Below, one piece after another: positions 16,653 through 25,783 of a stretch of 38,036 nt of DNA. Positions within the stretch are counted from its first letter, which is position 1. Each line of letters begins with the position of its first letter. The position numbers and the translations under genes were made by a program. Below the pieces are notes generated by a model. The model was given only the letters and a program-made list of their open reading frames with translations. It was not told where the DNA came from and searched no databases. The DNA comes from Candidatus Krumholzibacteriia bacterium (GTDB taxonomy: Bacteria; Krumholzibacteriota; Krumholzibacteriia; WVZY01), in the NCBI GenBank assembly GCA_036478295.1, contig JAZGDW010000177.1, positions 1 through 38,036 on the forward strand. Direction: 5' to 3'.

Positions 16653-18302
16653 GTGAATAGACTGTTGGTTATAGCAGCCACCTCCCTTTTGGTGGCTTTC
16701 CCCACCTACGACGCGCAGTCCGCGGAAGAATCCACTGAACCGCCGCCGCCGCATCTCCAGCGTGCCGAATCGATTGACCCCGTCCAAATCATGGACCTGA
16801 TCTGCGACGGCCGATCCGACTCCGCGATGACCACCCTCGACCAGAGCCGGTGGGTGAACTCCAACGATCCGCTGGTACTTCTGCTGAGGGGCCGTGTAAT
16901 GCGCGACCGGCTGCACGACGAAGACAACAACAAGGAGCTTCTGAAAAGCGACGTGAATCTCATCCACGCCGTCTACGACCGTGTCATCGAACTGTGCGAT
17001 GAAGCGATGGACGGCGGCTCCTGGGAACCCAGCTTTCTGGCGTACCGTGCCAGAGCGCATCTCGGAAAGGCGCAGCTGCACACGTTGACCAAGAGCTACT
17101 GGAGTGCCGGCCGCGCCGGCGGACGGGCCAAGCGCGACCTGGAGGACTACCTGCGGCTGGTGCCGGACGACCCCGACGCCCAGGGCGACCTGGGGGTGTT
17201 TCTCTACTTTGCGGATACGATTCCGGGTACGGTCAAGTTCATCTCGAAGCTCCTGTTCTTTCCGAGCGGGGATCGCGAGAGGGGTCTGCGTATGCTGAAG
17301 TACGCGGCCGCGAACAAGGGACCGTTTCACAGTGACTACGAAATCGCGCTGGCTGCGATCGACCTGCTGTTCGACGGGCACCTGGAAAAAGGTGTCTCCG
17401 GCATGTCCGCCTTGATCGATCGCTACCCGAACTACACGCGGTTGGCGGAACCGCTCGGGCTGGTGGCCCCACTCTACCCGCTGAGAATGCGGGAGTTCCA
17501 GCGCACGGAGGACAGCAGCCTCGCCCGGCATCTCAGTCGAAGGGCCGAAGATCCCGACTGGAACCTCGTGAAGCGCATTCACGTCAACCGGGCCTATGCA
17601 GACATGTTTTTTTCTTCGCCCGCCACGGCGCTCTTTGCGTTCACCTCTCTGATCGATAATTCGTTGTCGCGCCCGGACTGGGCGATGCCGCTAGTGATTC
17701 TCAACCGTGGCATCCTGTACGCGAAGTCGGGCAGAAAAACTGACGCCAGGCGGGATTTCGAACGCGTGAAAGACGGTGATTTGAAGTATTTCCACGAGAC
17801 GGCGAGAAAGCTGCTCGAAGGTCTGGACGAACCGTACGAGACCCTCGAACTCGAGGAGCTGGAATTCGTTGGCGCGATTTACGACGGCCGCCTACAGGAA
17901 GCTTCAGAAGGCCTCGAAAGCTACAAGCAGAACCACGGTGAGGACGTTATCTATCACCTCTACGCCGGTGATCTCAGCCTGGCCCGGCAGGAGTTCGAGG
18001 CCGCCGCCCGCTCGTATATCGCGGCGCTGGACATGGACGCGCCTCACCTCGACCAGGGTTACCAGATGTTCTCGGCGCTGCGGCTGGCAGAGATACACGG
18101 TCACGAGCAGCGCTTCCGGCAGGCGATGCGGTATATCGACCACGCCCTCAAGTACACGCACGCCGCGTACCTTTTCAACTACATGATGCACGCGAGAAAA
18201 CGCTACTACAAGTTACTGGACGGCGGCACCCTTACCGAACTTCCCACCATGCTTTTTCTGCGCGTCCCGACGGCCGCAACGCCCGCCTACGTGGGCCCCT
18301 GA
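16653..18302 (+). CDS. Exported TPR-like alpha-helical protein (segment resembling the TTC39/DUF3808-like family)
   Basis: Signal peptide; DAQGDLGVFLYFADTIP…GDRERGLRMLKYAA; ILNRGILYAKSG and LYAGDLSLAR TPR-like motifs. Confidence 0.7.
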   Translation: MNRLLVIAATSLLVAFPTYDAQSAEESTEPPPPHLQRAESIDPVQIMDLICDGRSDSAMTTLDQSRWVNSNDPLVLLLRGRVMRDRLHDEDNNKELLKSDVNLIHAVYDRVIELCDEAMDGGSWEPSFLAYRARAHLGKAQLHTLTKSYWSAGRAGGRAKRDLEDYLRLVPDDPDAQGDLGVFLYFADTIPGTVKFISKLLFFPSGDRERGLRMLKYAAANKGPFHSDYEIALAAIDLLFDGHLEKGVSGMSALIDRYPNYTRLAEPLGLVAPLYPLRMREFQRTEDSSLARHLSRRAEDPDWNLVKRIHVNRAYADMFFSSPATALFAFTSLIDNSLSRPDWAMPLVILNRGILYAKSGRKTDARRDFERVKDGDLKYFHETARKLLEGLDEPYETLELEELEFVGAIYDGRLQEASEGLESYKQNHGEDVIYHLYAGDLSLARQEFEAAARSYIAALDMDAPHLDQGYQMFSALRLAEIHGHEQRFRQAMRYIDHALKYTHAAYLFNYMMHARKRYYKLLDGGTLTELPTMLFLRVPTAATPAYVGP

Positions 18303-19312
18303 GCCCCGTTGGCCCGCGGGCGTTCCCCGCCGGCATTCGCCGCGACGATTCGCGCGTTCCTCCGCAGGCCCCGCGCCTTGCAACGGCCTATGGCGCTGTC
18401 GCGCGTCAGCTCGCGGAAGTTCTCGTCGGAGAGCACGGCAAGCTCGCGCGTGGACATTGCGAGCAGCAGGTTCACCGGTTCACCCGCGAAGATTTCAGAA
18501 TCATGCGCGTAGTTGTTGAACGGACAGACCGCCTGGCAGTCATCACATCCAAACAGGTTGTCACCAATGGCGTGGTGGAATTCGACGGGTATATCACCGC
18601 GCTTCTCGATGGTAAGGTAGGAGATGCACTTCGTAGCATCGAGGACGTAGGCCTCATCCAGAGCGCCGGTCGGGCACGCATCCATGCACCGGGTGCACGA
18701 GCCACACAGGCTACGCAGGGGCACATCACTTGTCAGTTCCAGGTTCGTGATCAACTCGCCGAGAAATATCCACGAACCGCACTCCGGCGAAATCGCCATC
18801 GTATTCTTGCCCAGCCAAGCGATGCCCGCCCTCACCGCCAGGTCTCGCTCGGAAATGGGCTGCGTATCGACGCATATCGCCGACTGCAACCGTGGAAAGA
18901 AATCCTTCAAGCGGCGCTCGAGCTCACCGAGCATTTCGGTGAGCACCGAGTGGTAGTCGCGACAGTGGGCGTAGAGAGAAAACCGGCCTTCGCCGGTCTC
19001 CAATCGCCTGCGGTTCTTTCTTGCCAACGAGTCGGAATAGTAGTTCACGGCCACGCATACCACCGACTGGGCTCCGGGGAGCAACAGTCCGGGGTCATGA
19101 CGCTTGTCCTTTCCCCCCGAGAGGTAGCGCATCTCACCGTGCTTCCCCTCGTCGATCCAGCGATCGAACACACGGCTGGATTCGGGTGACGGTTTGACGC
19201 CCGCTATCCCCACTCCGGAAAAACCAATGTCGTACGCGGTGTTCTTGATCAGGGATTCGGTAGAGTAGGCGACGTGCGAAGTGGCGCTATTCTCTTTCGT
19301 CTCCGGACTCAT
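18287..19312 (-). CDS. queG: tRNA epoxyqueuosine(34) reductase QueG
   Basis: HGEMRYL, YA..RDYH, AGIAWLGKN, GSWIFLGEL, CGSCTRCMDACPT, CISYLTIE, GCDDCQAVCPFN. Confidence 0.95.
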   Translation of the reverse strand: MSPETKENSATSHVAYSTESLIKNTAYDIGFSGVGIAGVKPSPESSRVFDRWIDEGKHGEMRYLSGGKDKRHDPGLLLPGAQSVVCVAVNYYSDSLARKNRRRLETGEGRFSLYAHCRDYHSVLTEMLGELERRLKDFFPRLQSAICVDTQPISERDLAVRAGIAWLGKNTMAISPECGSWIFLGELITNLELTSDVPLRSLCGSCTRCMDACPTGALDEAYVLDATKCISYLTIEKRGDIPVEFHHAIGDNLFGCDDCQAVCPFNNYAHDSEIFAGEPVNLLLAMSTRELAVLSDENFRELTRDSAIGRCKARGLRRNARIVAANAGGERPRANGAQGPT

Positions 19313-21707
19313 AGTAGTCTCTTATCTGCTCCGCGAACTTCTCCAGTTTTTTGTCCACCCGATCGTTGACGCTGTCTTTCTCGAAGCTGCCATCGCCGGC
19401 CTGCGCGCCCCCCCGGACACCCGTGAGCAGCTCTATCCCCTCGTCAATGGTCTCGACCGAATAGACGTGAAACTTCCCGTCCTTGATGGTCTCTACGACA
19501 TCCGTGCGAAGCATGAGATCGACCTCATTCAGCTTCGGAATAATCACGCCCTGGGTACCCGTGAAGCCCTTTGCCTTGCAGATGTCATAGAAGCCGTGGA
19601 TCTTCTCGTTGACACCCCCAATCGGCTGGATCTCCCCTTTCTGGTTCACCGAGCCGGTCACGGTCAGGTCCTGGCGCAACGGCAGATCGCCGAGGCTCGA
19701 CAGCAGCCCGTAGATCTCCGTCGACGACGCGCTGTCGCCGTCCACGCCGCCGTACGATTGCTCGAAACAGATGCTGGCGCTCATCGCGAGCGGCCGGCTC
19801 TGCGCAAACCGGCTCCGCAGGTAGCCCTCGAGAATCAGGCTGCCCTTGTTGTACGTCTTTCCGCTCATCTCGGCCTCTCGCTCGATGTTGATAATCCCCG
19901 CCCTGCCCATGGAGGTCTCGACCGTAATGCGGACGGGCTTGCCGAAAGCATAGTCGCCGAGATCAAAGACCGAGAGGCCGTTGACCTGGCCGATTTTCTC
20001 ACCGTCGATATCCAGCAGAATGGTTCCGTCCACGAGCATCTCACTCATCTTCTCTTCCGACAAGTTCACCCGGTGAATCCGCTCTTCGACCGCTTTTCCG
20101 ACGTGCTCCGCTCGTACCATTGCCTCCCCGGCCTTGTGGGTCCAGTAGCTGGCCTCTCTGGCGATATCGGCGACGTCGCTGAACCTCGTTGTCAGCTTGT
20201 CCTGCCTGCCCGCGATCTCCGCACCCTGCTCGGCGCACGCTGCCACCGCGGACTTGTGAAACGGAAGCAGGTCTTCCTCCGTGATGAGGTTCTTGATGAA
20301 CTGACCGTACTTGTTCAGATTTTCCTGGTTGTTAGGCATCTCGGTGTCGAAGTCCGCCTTGACCTTGAAAATTTTGCGGAAATCCTCGTCGTACTGGTAC
20401 ATAACCTGGTACGACTCGGCGTCTCCAATCAACACCACCTTGACATCGATGTCGATCGGCTGCGGCTTGAGCGCCGACGTCGGCCCGAAGAACGTCGTTT
20501 CCAGCGCCTGAATGGAGATTTTTTTGTTCTTCAATGTTCTCTTCAAAGCAGGCCACACCGCCGGCTCTTCGAAGATCTCGGTCAGGCTCATCACCAGGAA
20601 TCCCCCGTTTGCCCGCAGCAACGACCCCGCACGTATCATCGTCAGGTCGGTCCTCTCTCCGATACGGTCTGCCGTGATGCGTTCGATGGTGCCGAAAACG
20701 TTGCGATAGGTGGGAGCGGTCTCGATGATAATCGGCGCTTCCTTGGAGCGAGCGTTCTCGACGATGACGTTCACTTCAAATTCCACAAAGGCCCTGGTGC
20801 GTTTTTGAACATCCGGCTCTTCGGACTCGAGAAACAGATCCAGGTTGTCGACGCTATACTCGCGCAGCTCCGCCAGGTACTCGTGCACGTCTCCACTGGG
20901 AAAACGCTCCTCGACTTCCTTGACACAAGTGTCGACGATCGGACTGACGAACTGCTTTTGAAGCGAGCGTATCTTTTCTGTGAGATCACGATCCTCGTCG
21001 CGAGTCGCCTTGAGGAACGCCTCCATCTTGCCGGTCAAGTCTTCGTGGTCTTTCCCCAGGCGATCGAACTCCGCCTGCTCCAGCTGCCCCGCGGTGACTC
21101 GCCCCTGGAGTTCCTCCATTTCCACCGGCTTGCCGTCGATTACCGGCACGATCGCCGGCCGTGTAAAGGGTCCGTATTGCACTTCGTGCAGCTGAAATCC
21201 TTTTTTCTCGATCAGTTTTTCGAACTCGCCGCCCTGTTCGCCCCGGCGGCTCTTCGCCTGCGAGACAATTCGCTTGTGCCGTTCCGTATAGCTGTCGCTT
21301 TCGAGCACCTTGGGTACATGCTCGCGCAACGTTTTGACCACCTCCACCATGCTCTTCTTGAAAATCGCCCCCTGGCCGGCCGGCAGGTAGACGCACACCG
21401 GCTCCTCGGGTGCTCTGAAGTTGTGGACGTAACAGATATCCTGGAGTTGTTTTTCCTCCTTGGGCAGGCCGCGAAGCAGCCTCTGGATCGTGGTCGATTT
21501 GCCGGTGCCGGTGAGGCCGGACACGTAGATATTGTAGCCGGGGCTGGAAATCTCGAGGCCCAGCCGGATTGCGTCGAGAGCCCGGTCCTGCCCGATGATT
21601 TCGCGGCAGCACTCCACGTCGTCAGTGCTCTCGAACCCGAAACGGTCCGGGTCGCACCGCCACCTCAGGTTTTCGACGCCCACCCTGTGGTCGGATACAT
21701 CGCCCAT
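19287..21707 (-). CDS. Lon-like AAA+ protease (LonC / AAA_32 type)
   Basis: IIGQDRA, Walker A GLTGTGKST, AGSLLRANGGFL, GQVNGL, catalytic DGDSAS and IGGVNEKI; GAGGAGG RBS. Confidence 0.92.
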   Translation of the reverse strand: MGDVSDHRVGVENLRWRCDPDRFGFESTDDVECCREIIGQDRALDAIRLGLEISSPGYNIYVSGLTGTGKSTTIQRLLRGLPKEEKQLQDICYVHNFRAPEEPVCVYLPAGQGAIFKKSMVEVVKTLREHVPKVLESDSYTERHKRIVSQAKSRRGEQGGEFEKLIEKKGFQLHEVQYGPFTRPAIVPVIDGKPVEMEELQGRVTAGQLEQAEFDRLGKDHEDLTGKMEAFLKATRDEDRDLTEKIRSLQKQFVSPIVDTCVKEVEERFPSGDVHEYLAELREYSVDNLDLFLESEEPDVQKRTRAFVEFEVNVIVENARSKEAPIIIETAPTYRNVFGTIERITADRIGERTDLTMIRAGSLLRANGGFLVMSLTEIFEEPAVWPALKRTLKNKKISIQALETTFFGPTSALKPQPIDIDVKVVLIGDAESYQVMYQYDEDFRKIFKVKADFDTEMPNNQENLNKYGQFIKNLITEEDLLPFHKSAVAACAEQGAEIAGRQDKLTTRFSDVADIAREASYWTHKAGEAMVRAEHVGKAVEERIHRVNLSEEKMSEMLVDGTILLDIDGEKIGQVNGLSVFDLGDYAFGKPVRITVETSMGRAGIINIEREAEMSGKTYNKGSLILEGYLRSRFAQSRPLAMSASICFEQSYGGVDGDSASSTEIYGLLSSLGDLPLRQDLTVTGSVNQKGEIQPIGGVNEKIHGFYDICKAKGFTGTQGVIIPKLNEVDLMLRTDVVETIKDGKFHVYSVETIDEGIELLTGVRGGAQAGDGSFEKDSVNDRVDKKLEKFAEQIRDYYESGDERE

Positions 21708-21751
21708 CGCAACCTCCTCATATGGTTTTCTTATTGCAACTTACACATTGA

Positions 21752-21780
21752 ATGTTAGTCAACTGGAGAGGCTTCGTCAA
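21752..21780 (-). promoter_or_regulatory. sigma70-type promoter for the lonC-queG unit
   Basis: TTGACG (21780..21775) - 17 nt - TAACAT (21757..21752). Confidence 0.55.
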
Positions 21781-21833
21781 GACGCCCGCGCCCGGGAGGG
21801 CCGGTTGTGGCCAGTGCCGTTCAGAAAAGGCGT

Positions 21834-23570
21834 CTAGTCGAGTTCGAAGAGGTTCCGCCAGTCGACGTCGTCCTCGAGCGGCTTCTGATCTTTTTTCTCC
21901 AAATAGAACCGGTCTATCACCAGCACATCCATATTGGTGCGCATAAAGCACATGTAGGCATCGTGCGGCGTGCACACAATCGGTTCGCCGCGTACGTTGA
22001 ACGACGTGTTAATGATAACCGGACATCCCGTTTTCTCGTCGAAGCGTTTTATCAAGTCGTAGTAGAGCTGGTTTTCCTCCCGGTTGACCGTCTGGATCCT
22101 GGCCGACCCGTCGACGTGCGTCACCGATGGGATCTCGCGCTTGTCTTCCCTCACCTGCGCGACGAGGAGCATGTAAGGACTGGGAACGTCGAGCTCGAAA
22201 TAGTCACTGACTCTCTCCTCGAGGACCGTCGGAGCGAAAGGCCTGAAGCTCTCCCTGAACTTGATCTTCATGTTGACGACGTCTTTGTTCTCCGGATTAC
22301 GGGCATCAGCGAGGATCGATCGGTTGCCGAGGGCCCTGGGGCCAAACTCCATACGCCCCTGAAACCATCCGATCACCCTCTGGTCCACAATGGCGTTTGC
22401 GGTTCGCTCCAGAATCTCCTCTTCCGAAAGCTCCGTATACTTGACTTCCCCGGCATCGAGATAACCGCGGACCTCATCCGTCGAGAACTCCGGCCCGAAA
22501 TACGCGTGCCGCCATTCGAAATCACGGTCGTGATCCAGAATCGAATTGTAGATGTAACTCGCCACGCCGACGGACCCTCCGGCGTCACCGGCGGCCGGCT
22601 GGATGAAGATGTTTTCAAAAGGGGTCTCCCGCAACACCCTGCCGTTGGCGACACAATTCAGCGCGACGCCCCCGGCCATGCAGAGGTTCTTGCTACCCGT
22701 TTTCTTGTGGGCGTGTCTCGCCATGTTCAAGACCACGTCTTCGGTTACTCGTTGCACGCTGGCCGCCATGTCCATATGGAACTGATCGAGTTTGCTCTCC
22801 GCCGAGCGAACCGGCCGGCCGAACAGCTTATCGAACCGGCCGTTGGTCATGGTTAGCCCGTAGTCGTACGCGAAGTACTTCATGTTCATCTTGAACCCGC
22901 CCTCGTCGTCAAAACGGATGAGCTCGAGCACCTTGTCGTAGTATTTCGGCTCACCGTAGGGCGCAAGTCCCATCACCTTGTATTCCGCGCTGTTCACCTT
23001 GAAACCGAGATAGTAGGTGAACGCGCTGTAGAGCAATCCCAACGAGTGCGGGAATCGGATCTCTTTGAAAAGCTCGATGTTCTTGCCCTCACCCTTACCC
23101 AACGTCGCCGTCGCCCACTCTCCAACGCCGTCCACGGTTATGATCGCCGCCTCCTCGAACGGTGAAACCAGAAACGAGCTTGCCGCATGGGACACGTGGT
23201 GTTCGATCATCAGGATCTCGCCGTCGTACTCGAGCTCCTTCTTGATCATCTGCGGGATCCACAGCTTCTGGCGCAGCCATACCGGCATGGCCTTGAGAAA
23301 GGACCTCAGGGACTTGGGAAAGGTCGCCAGGTACGTGTAGAGGATTCGCTCGAACTTGATGAACGGCTTGTCGTAGAAGCCCACGTAATCCAGGTCGTTG
23401 GCCGTTATGCCGGCTTGGCTGAGGCAGTACTTGATGGCGTTCAGGGGGAACTCCTGGTCGTGCCGCTTGCGGGTAAAGCGTTCCTCCTGCGCGGCGGCGA
23501 CGACCCGGCCGTCTTGCAACAGGCACGCCGCGGCGTCGTGGTAGTAACATGAAATTCCGAGGATATACAT
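21834..23570 (-). CDS. O-carbamoyltransferase (NodU/CmcH/SxtI family)
   Basis: MYILGISCYYHDAAA, EERFTR, EHHVSHAAS, DGVGE, PHSLGLLYS, EYKVMGLAPYG, AGGVALNCVAN, EFGPRALGNRS, KFRESFRPFAP, NTSFNVRGEP. Confidence 0.94.
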   Translation of the reverse strand: MYILGISCYYHDAAACLLQDGRVVAAAQEERFTRKRHDQEFPLNAIKYCLSQAGITANDLDYVGFYDKPFIKFERILYTYLATFPKSLRSFLKAMPVWLRQKLWIPQMIKKELEYDGEILMIEHHVSHAASSFLVSPFEEAAIITVDGVGEWATATLGKGEGKNIELFKEIRFPHSLGLLYSAFTYYLGFKVNSAEYKVMGLAPYGEPKYYDKVLELIRFDDEGGFKMNMKYFAYDYGLTMTNGRFDKLFGRPVRSAESKLDQFHMDMAASVQRVTEDVVLNMARHAHKKTGSKNLCMAGGVALNCVANGRVLRETPFENIFIQPAAGDAGGSVGVASYIYNSILDHDRDFEWRHAYFGPEFSTDEVRGYLDAGEVKYTELSEEEILERTANAIVDQRVIGWFQGRMEFGPRALGNRSILADARNPENKDVVNMKIKFRESFRPFAPTVLEERVSDYFELDVPSPYMLLVAQVREDKREIPSVTHVDGSARIQTVNREENQLYYDLIKRFDEKTGCPVIINTSFNVRGEPIVCTPHDAYMCFMRTNMDVLVIDRFYLEKKDQKPLEDDVDWRNLFELD

Positions 23571-23572
23571 TT

Positions 23573-23812
23573 CTAGAACTGCCTTCTGGCTTCTTCGAGG
23601 CTGGATCCCGAGGGGCTCTTCGGCTTCCACAGCGCGTCCGCACTGTCGAACCTGCGATCGAGCAGGTCCCCGCTGAAGATCCGGCCGAACACGGCGGAGA
23701 TTCCGATCACGAGAAAATAGAGGATCGTCAGGATGACTTTCGTGTTGAAGACACCCAGCGCGTGGGCAAACTTTTTCCAACCGGACCATATACTTCTCAA
23801 TACACGTTTCAT
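23573..23812 (-). CDS. SxtJ-like small membrane protein
   Basis: W..WKKFAHALGVFNTKVILTILYFLV…D.L.RRF…W…RRQF pattern; lies 2 nt upstream of the carbamoyltransferase. Confidence 0.75.
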   Translation of the reverse strand: MKRVLRSIWSGWKKFAHALGVFNTKVILTILYFLVIGISAVFGRIFSGDLLDRRFDSADALWKPKSPSGSSLEEARRQF

Positions 23813-23881
23813 GCACAACCCTTGTGGGAATCCGAACCCGGAGAGGCATTAGAGGTATCAACGAGTCTCTGAGAGAGTTTG

Positions 23882-23910
23882 ATTATATAACATAACCCGC
23901 ATCGGGTCAA
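23882..23910 (-). promoter_or_regulatory. sigma70-type promoter for the sxtJ-like/carbamoyltransferase operon
   Basis: TTGACC (23910..23905) - 17 nt - TATAAT (23887..23882). Confidence 0.7.
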
Positions 23911-24114
23911 CAGCTTGCAAAAACAATCGACAGCATGGTCCGGGGTCTTTCCACCGGGCTTACATTATAATTCATTTGTTTAGTTATAGTTATTCAACGG
24001 CGGCGCGATTCGGCCGACGAAGGCAAAGAATCGCTTTTCAAGGGCTCGCCAGGCATGCAATACTGTGCCGGAATTTTTCGCATCCACAGGGGCAGACGGG
24101 AGAATCGAGCGAGA

Positions 24115-24663
24115 ATGGCGTATATCAAGACCATCAAGGAAGACAAGGCACAGGGACAGCTGAAGACGTACTACAAGAAGTACCGTGACCCGTCTTCCGG
24201 CGTCGATAACATCCTGAGAATCCACAGCCTCAATCCGGTATCCCTGAGGTTACACTACGAGTACTACAAGCACCTGATGACCGGCCCGTCCGAGCTCAGC
24301 CGCTTGCAGCGCGAGATGGTCGCTATCGTCGTATCGCGGATCAACGCCTGCCATTACTGAGTGCGCCATCACGGAAGAGGTCTCTTCCAGATAACCAAGG
24401 ACAAGAGCCTGGTCGCGGCGATCAAAGGCGACTACACCAAGGCCGACATACCGGCGAAAGACATGGCGATGCTGGAATACGCCGTGAAACTCACTTCGGA
24501 CCCCTGCCACATGCAACGGGCCGACGTCGAGCGTCTCAAGAAGGCCGGTTTCATCGACGCCGCTATCTTCGACATCGCCCAGGTAACGGCCTACTACAAC
24601 TTTGTCAACCGGCTGGCCTGCGGGCTGGGCGTCGAACTCGAAGAATACTGGGACAAAGACTGA
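24115..24663 (+). CDS. AhpD/carboxymuconolactone-decarboxylase-like peroxidase-related protein, probable selenoprotein (Sec82, UGA at 24358-24360)
   Basis: ORFs 24055..24360 and 24361..24663 abut in frame. Read-through gives LSRLQREMVAIVVSRINACHY-U-VRHH (family CxxC-xxH as CxxU) and continues to YAVKLT…TAYYNFVNRLACGLG. 182 aa. Confidence 0.88.
24361..24392 (+). promoter_or_regulatory. Bacterial SECIS element
   Basis: GGAAGA-GGUC-UCUUCC hairpin (24373-24388), extended by AUC/GAU. The AGGUCU core follows 17 nt after UGA, the same core and offset as I recall for the E. coli fdhF SECIS. Confidence 0.8.
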
Positions 24664-24669
24664 TCCCGC

Positions 24670-25767
24670 TCAGGGCAAGAAGTGTTCAGGGTGCTTCAAC
24701 TTCCTTGGGAGGTAGGTGTCGATGACGTAGTTGAGGCCGTGTTTGGCCAGCGCCTGCTGCTCCGCTCTCACGCCCATCTTGATCAACTGTTCCAGGGCGC
24801 GCTGCCACGATTTGTGGTGTAACACGAAGGGATCGTTCGCGAGGGCGTCCTTGGCGCGCTTGATATCCACGTCCTTCAGCGGGTGGGTGGGCAACTCGTA
24901 GGTCACGATATCCTGCGGCGTAATACCCAAAAATCGCGCCTGAGGTACGCAGAAGAACTCGTTCACATGCGCCGCGTTCCCGCTGCCGACCTTGAGCGTC
25001 CGGTAAATGTTGCTGAACCCGTATGGGTCGCCATCCACAAAGACATACACCGCCATCTTTCGCGTGTCGGCAAGTCTACGGATGAACCGTCTGCACGCCC
25101 GTGTCGGCACACCGCCCATCGACACCAGGATACAGTTGGCCTTCTTCCAGTAGTTGTGCTTCACCAGCCGCTGGAACATCCCCGCAGTCTCGATCACCAG
25201 GATGAAATCCGCTTTGGTCTCGAACTCCAGGTGTTCCACCGCTATGGGAATCGAGTAGGCGCCGCTACCGAACTTCGTGCAGTCGATTCGTATTTCCTTG
25301 CCCGTGTCGTGATCGACGTCGATCACGACCAGCTTTCCCGCGATATCCCCGCCTTTTTCTTCGGGAATAAAACCGAGCTGTTCGCGGTTCAGGCTGAAAA
25401 ACGCCTCGACGTCGTCGATTACCGCATCGGATTCCGGCTGCTCGTTGAACCGGGCCGCGTCCCAGTTCTTCGACACGTAATATGCCTCTCGTTTGGTGGC
25501 AACGTCATCGGTCTCGATGAGCTCCTTGGAGAGAGCCATTATGCGCAGCGTCTGCGCAAAGGTCTTCACCGTGTTCACGGTGAGGGTTCTTTCCTTTTTC
25601 CTTCCCCGCATTTCAAAATAGCCGCTCTTGGGGTGGTAACGGACGTTCGAGAGCGCCCGCAGCGGGAATTTCATCACGGGCTTCTTACCGTCGAGGATGG
25701 CGCTCTTGATGCGCGTCGCTTCGGACTTTATTCGTTTGGTCACGCTATTCTTCTTGGCCACTGTCAT
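24670..25767 (-). CDS. top6A: DNA topoisomerase VI subunit A (Spo11-like)
   Basis: TKREAYY (catalytic Tyr region), FNEQPESD, LVIETAGMFQRL, GVPTRACR, DGDPYG (TOPRIM DxD), AEQQAL. Confidence 0.92.
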   Translation of the reverse strand: MTVAKKNSVTKRIKSEATRIKSAILDGKKPVMKFPLRALSNVRYHPKSGYFEMRGRKKERTLTVNTVKTFAQTLRIMALSKELIETDDVATKREAYYVSKNWDAARFNEQPESDAVIDDVEAFFSLNREQLGFIPEEKGGDIAGKLVVIDVDHDTGKEIRIDCTKFGSGAYSIPIAVEHLEFETKADFILVIETAGMFQRLVKHNYWKKANCILVSMGGVPTRACRRFIRRLADTRKMAVYVFVDGDPYGFSNIYRTLKVGSGNAAHVNEFFCVPQARFLGITPQDIVTYELPTHPLKDVDIKRAKDALANDPFVLHHKSWQRALEQLIKMGVRAEQQALAKHGLNYVIDTYLPRKLKHPEHFLP

Positions 25768-25783
25768 CTCCCTGGTGCTGTCG

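Noticed and set aside
19281..22856. Long plus-strand ORFs (825 aa and 349 aa)
   Set aside because: Antisense shadows of the Lon-like and carbamoyltransferase genes, typical of high-GC codon bias; no motifs.
21834..23812. Saxitoxin or antibiotic biosynthetic cluster
   Set aside because: No other sxt, PKS or NRPS genes in the window.
9480..24360. In-frame TGAs as pseudogene lesions or a UGA=Trp/Gly genetic code
   Set aside because: Both TGAs align to conserved Cys positions and are followed by hairpins. Many other genes end normally at TGA, and Trp is encoded by TGG.
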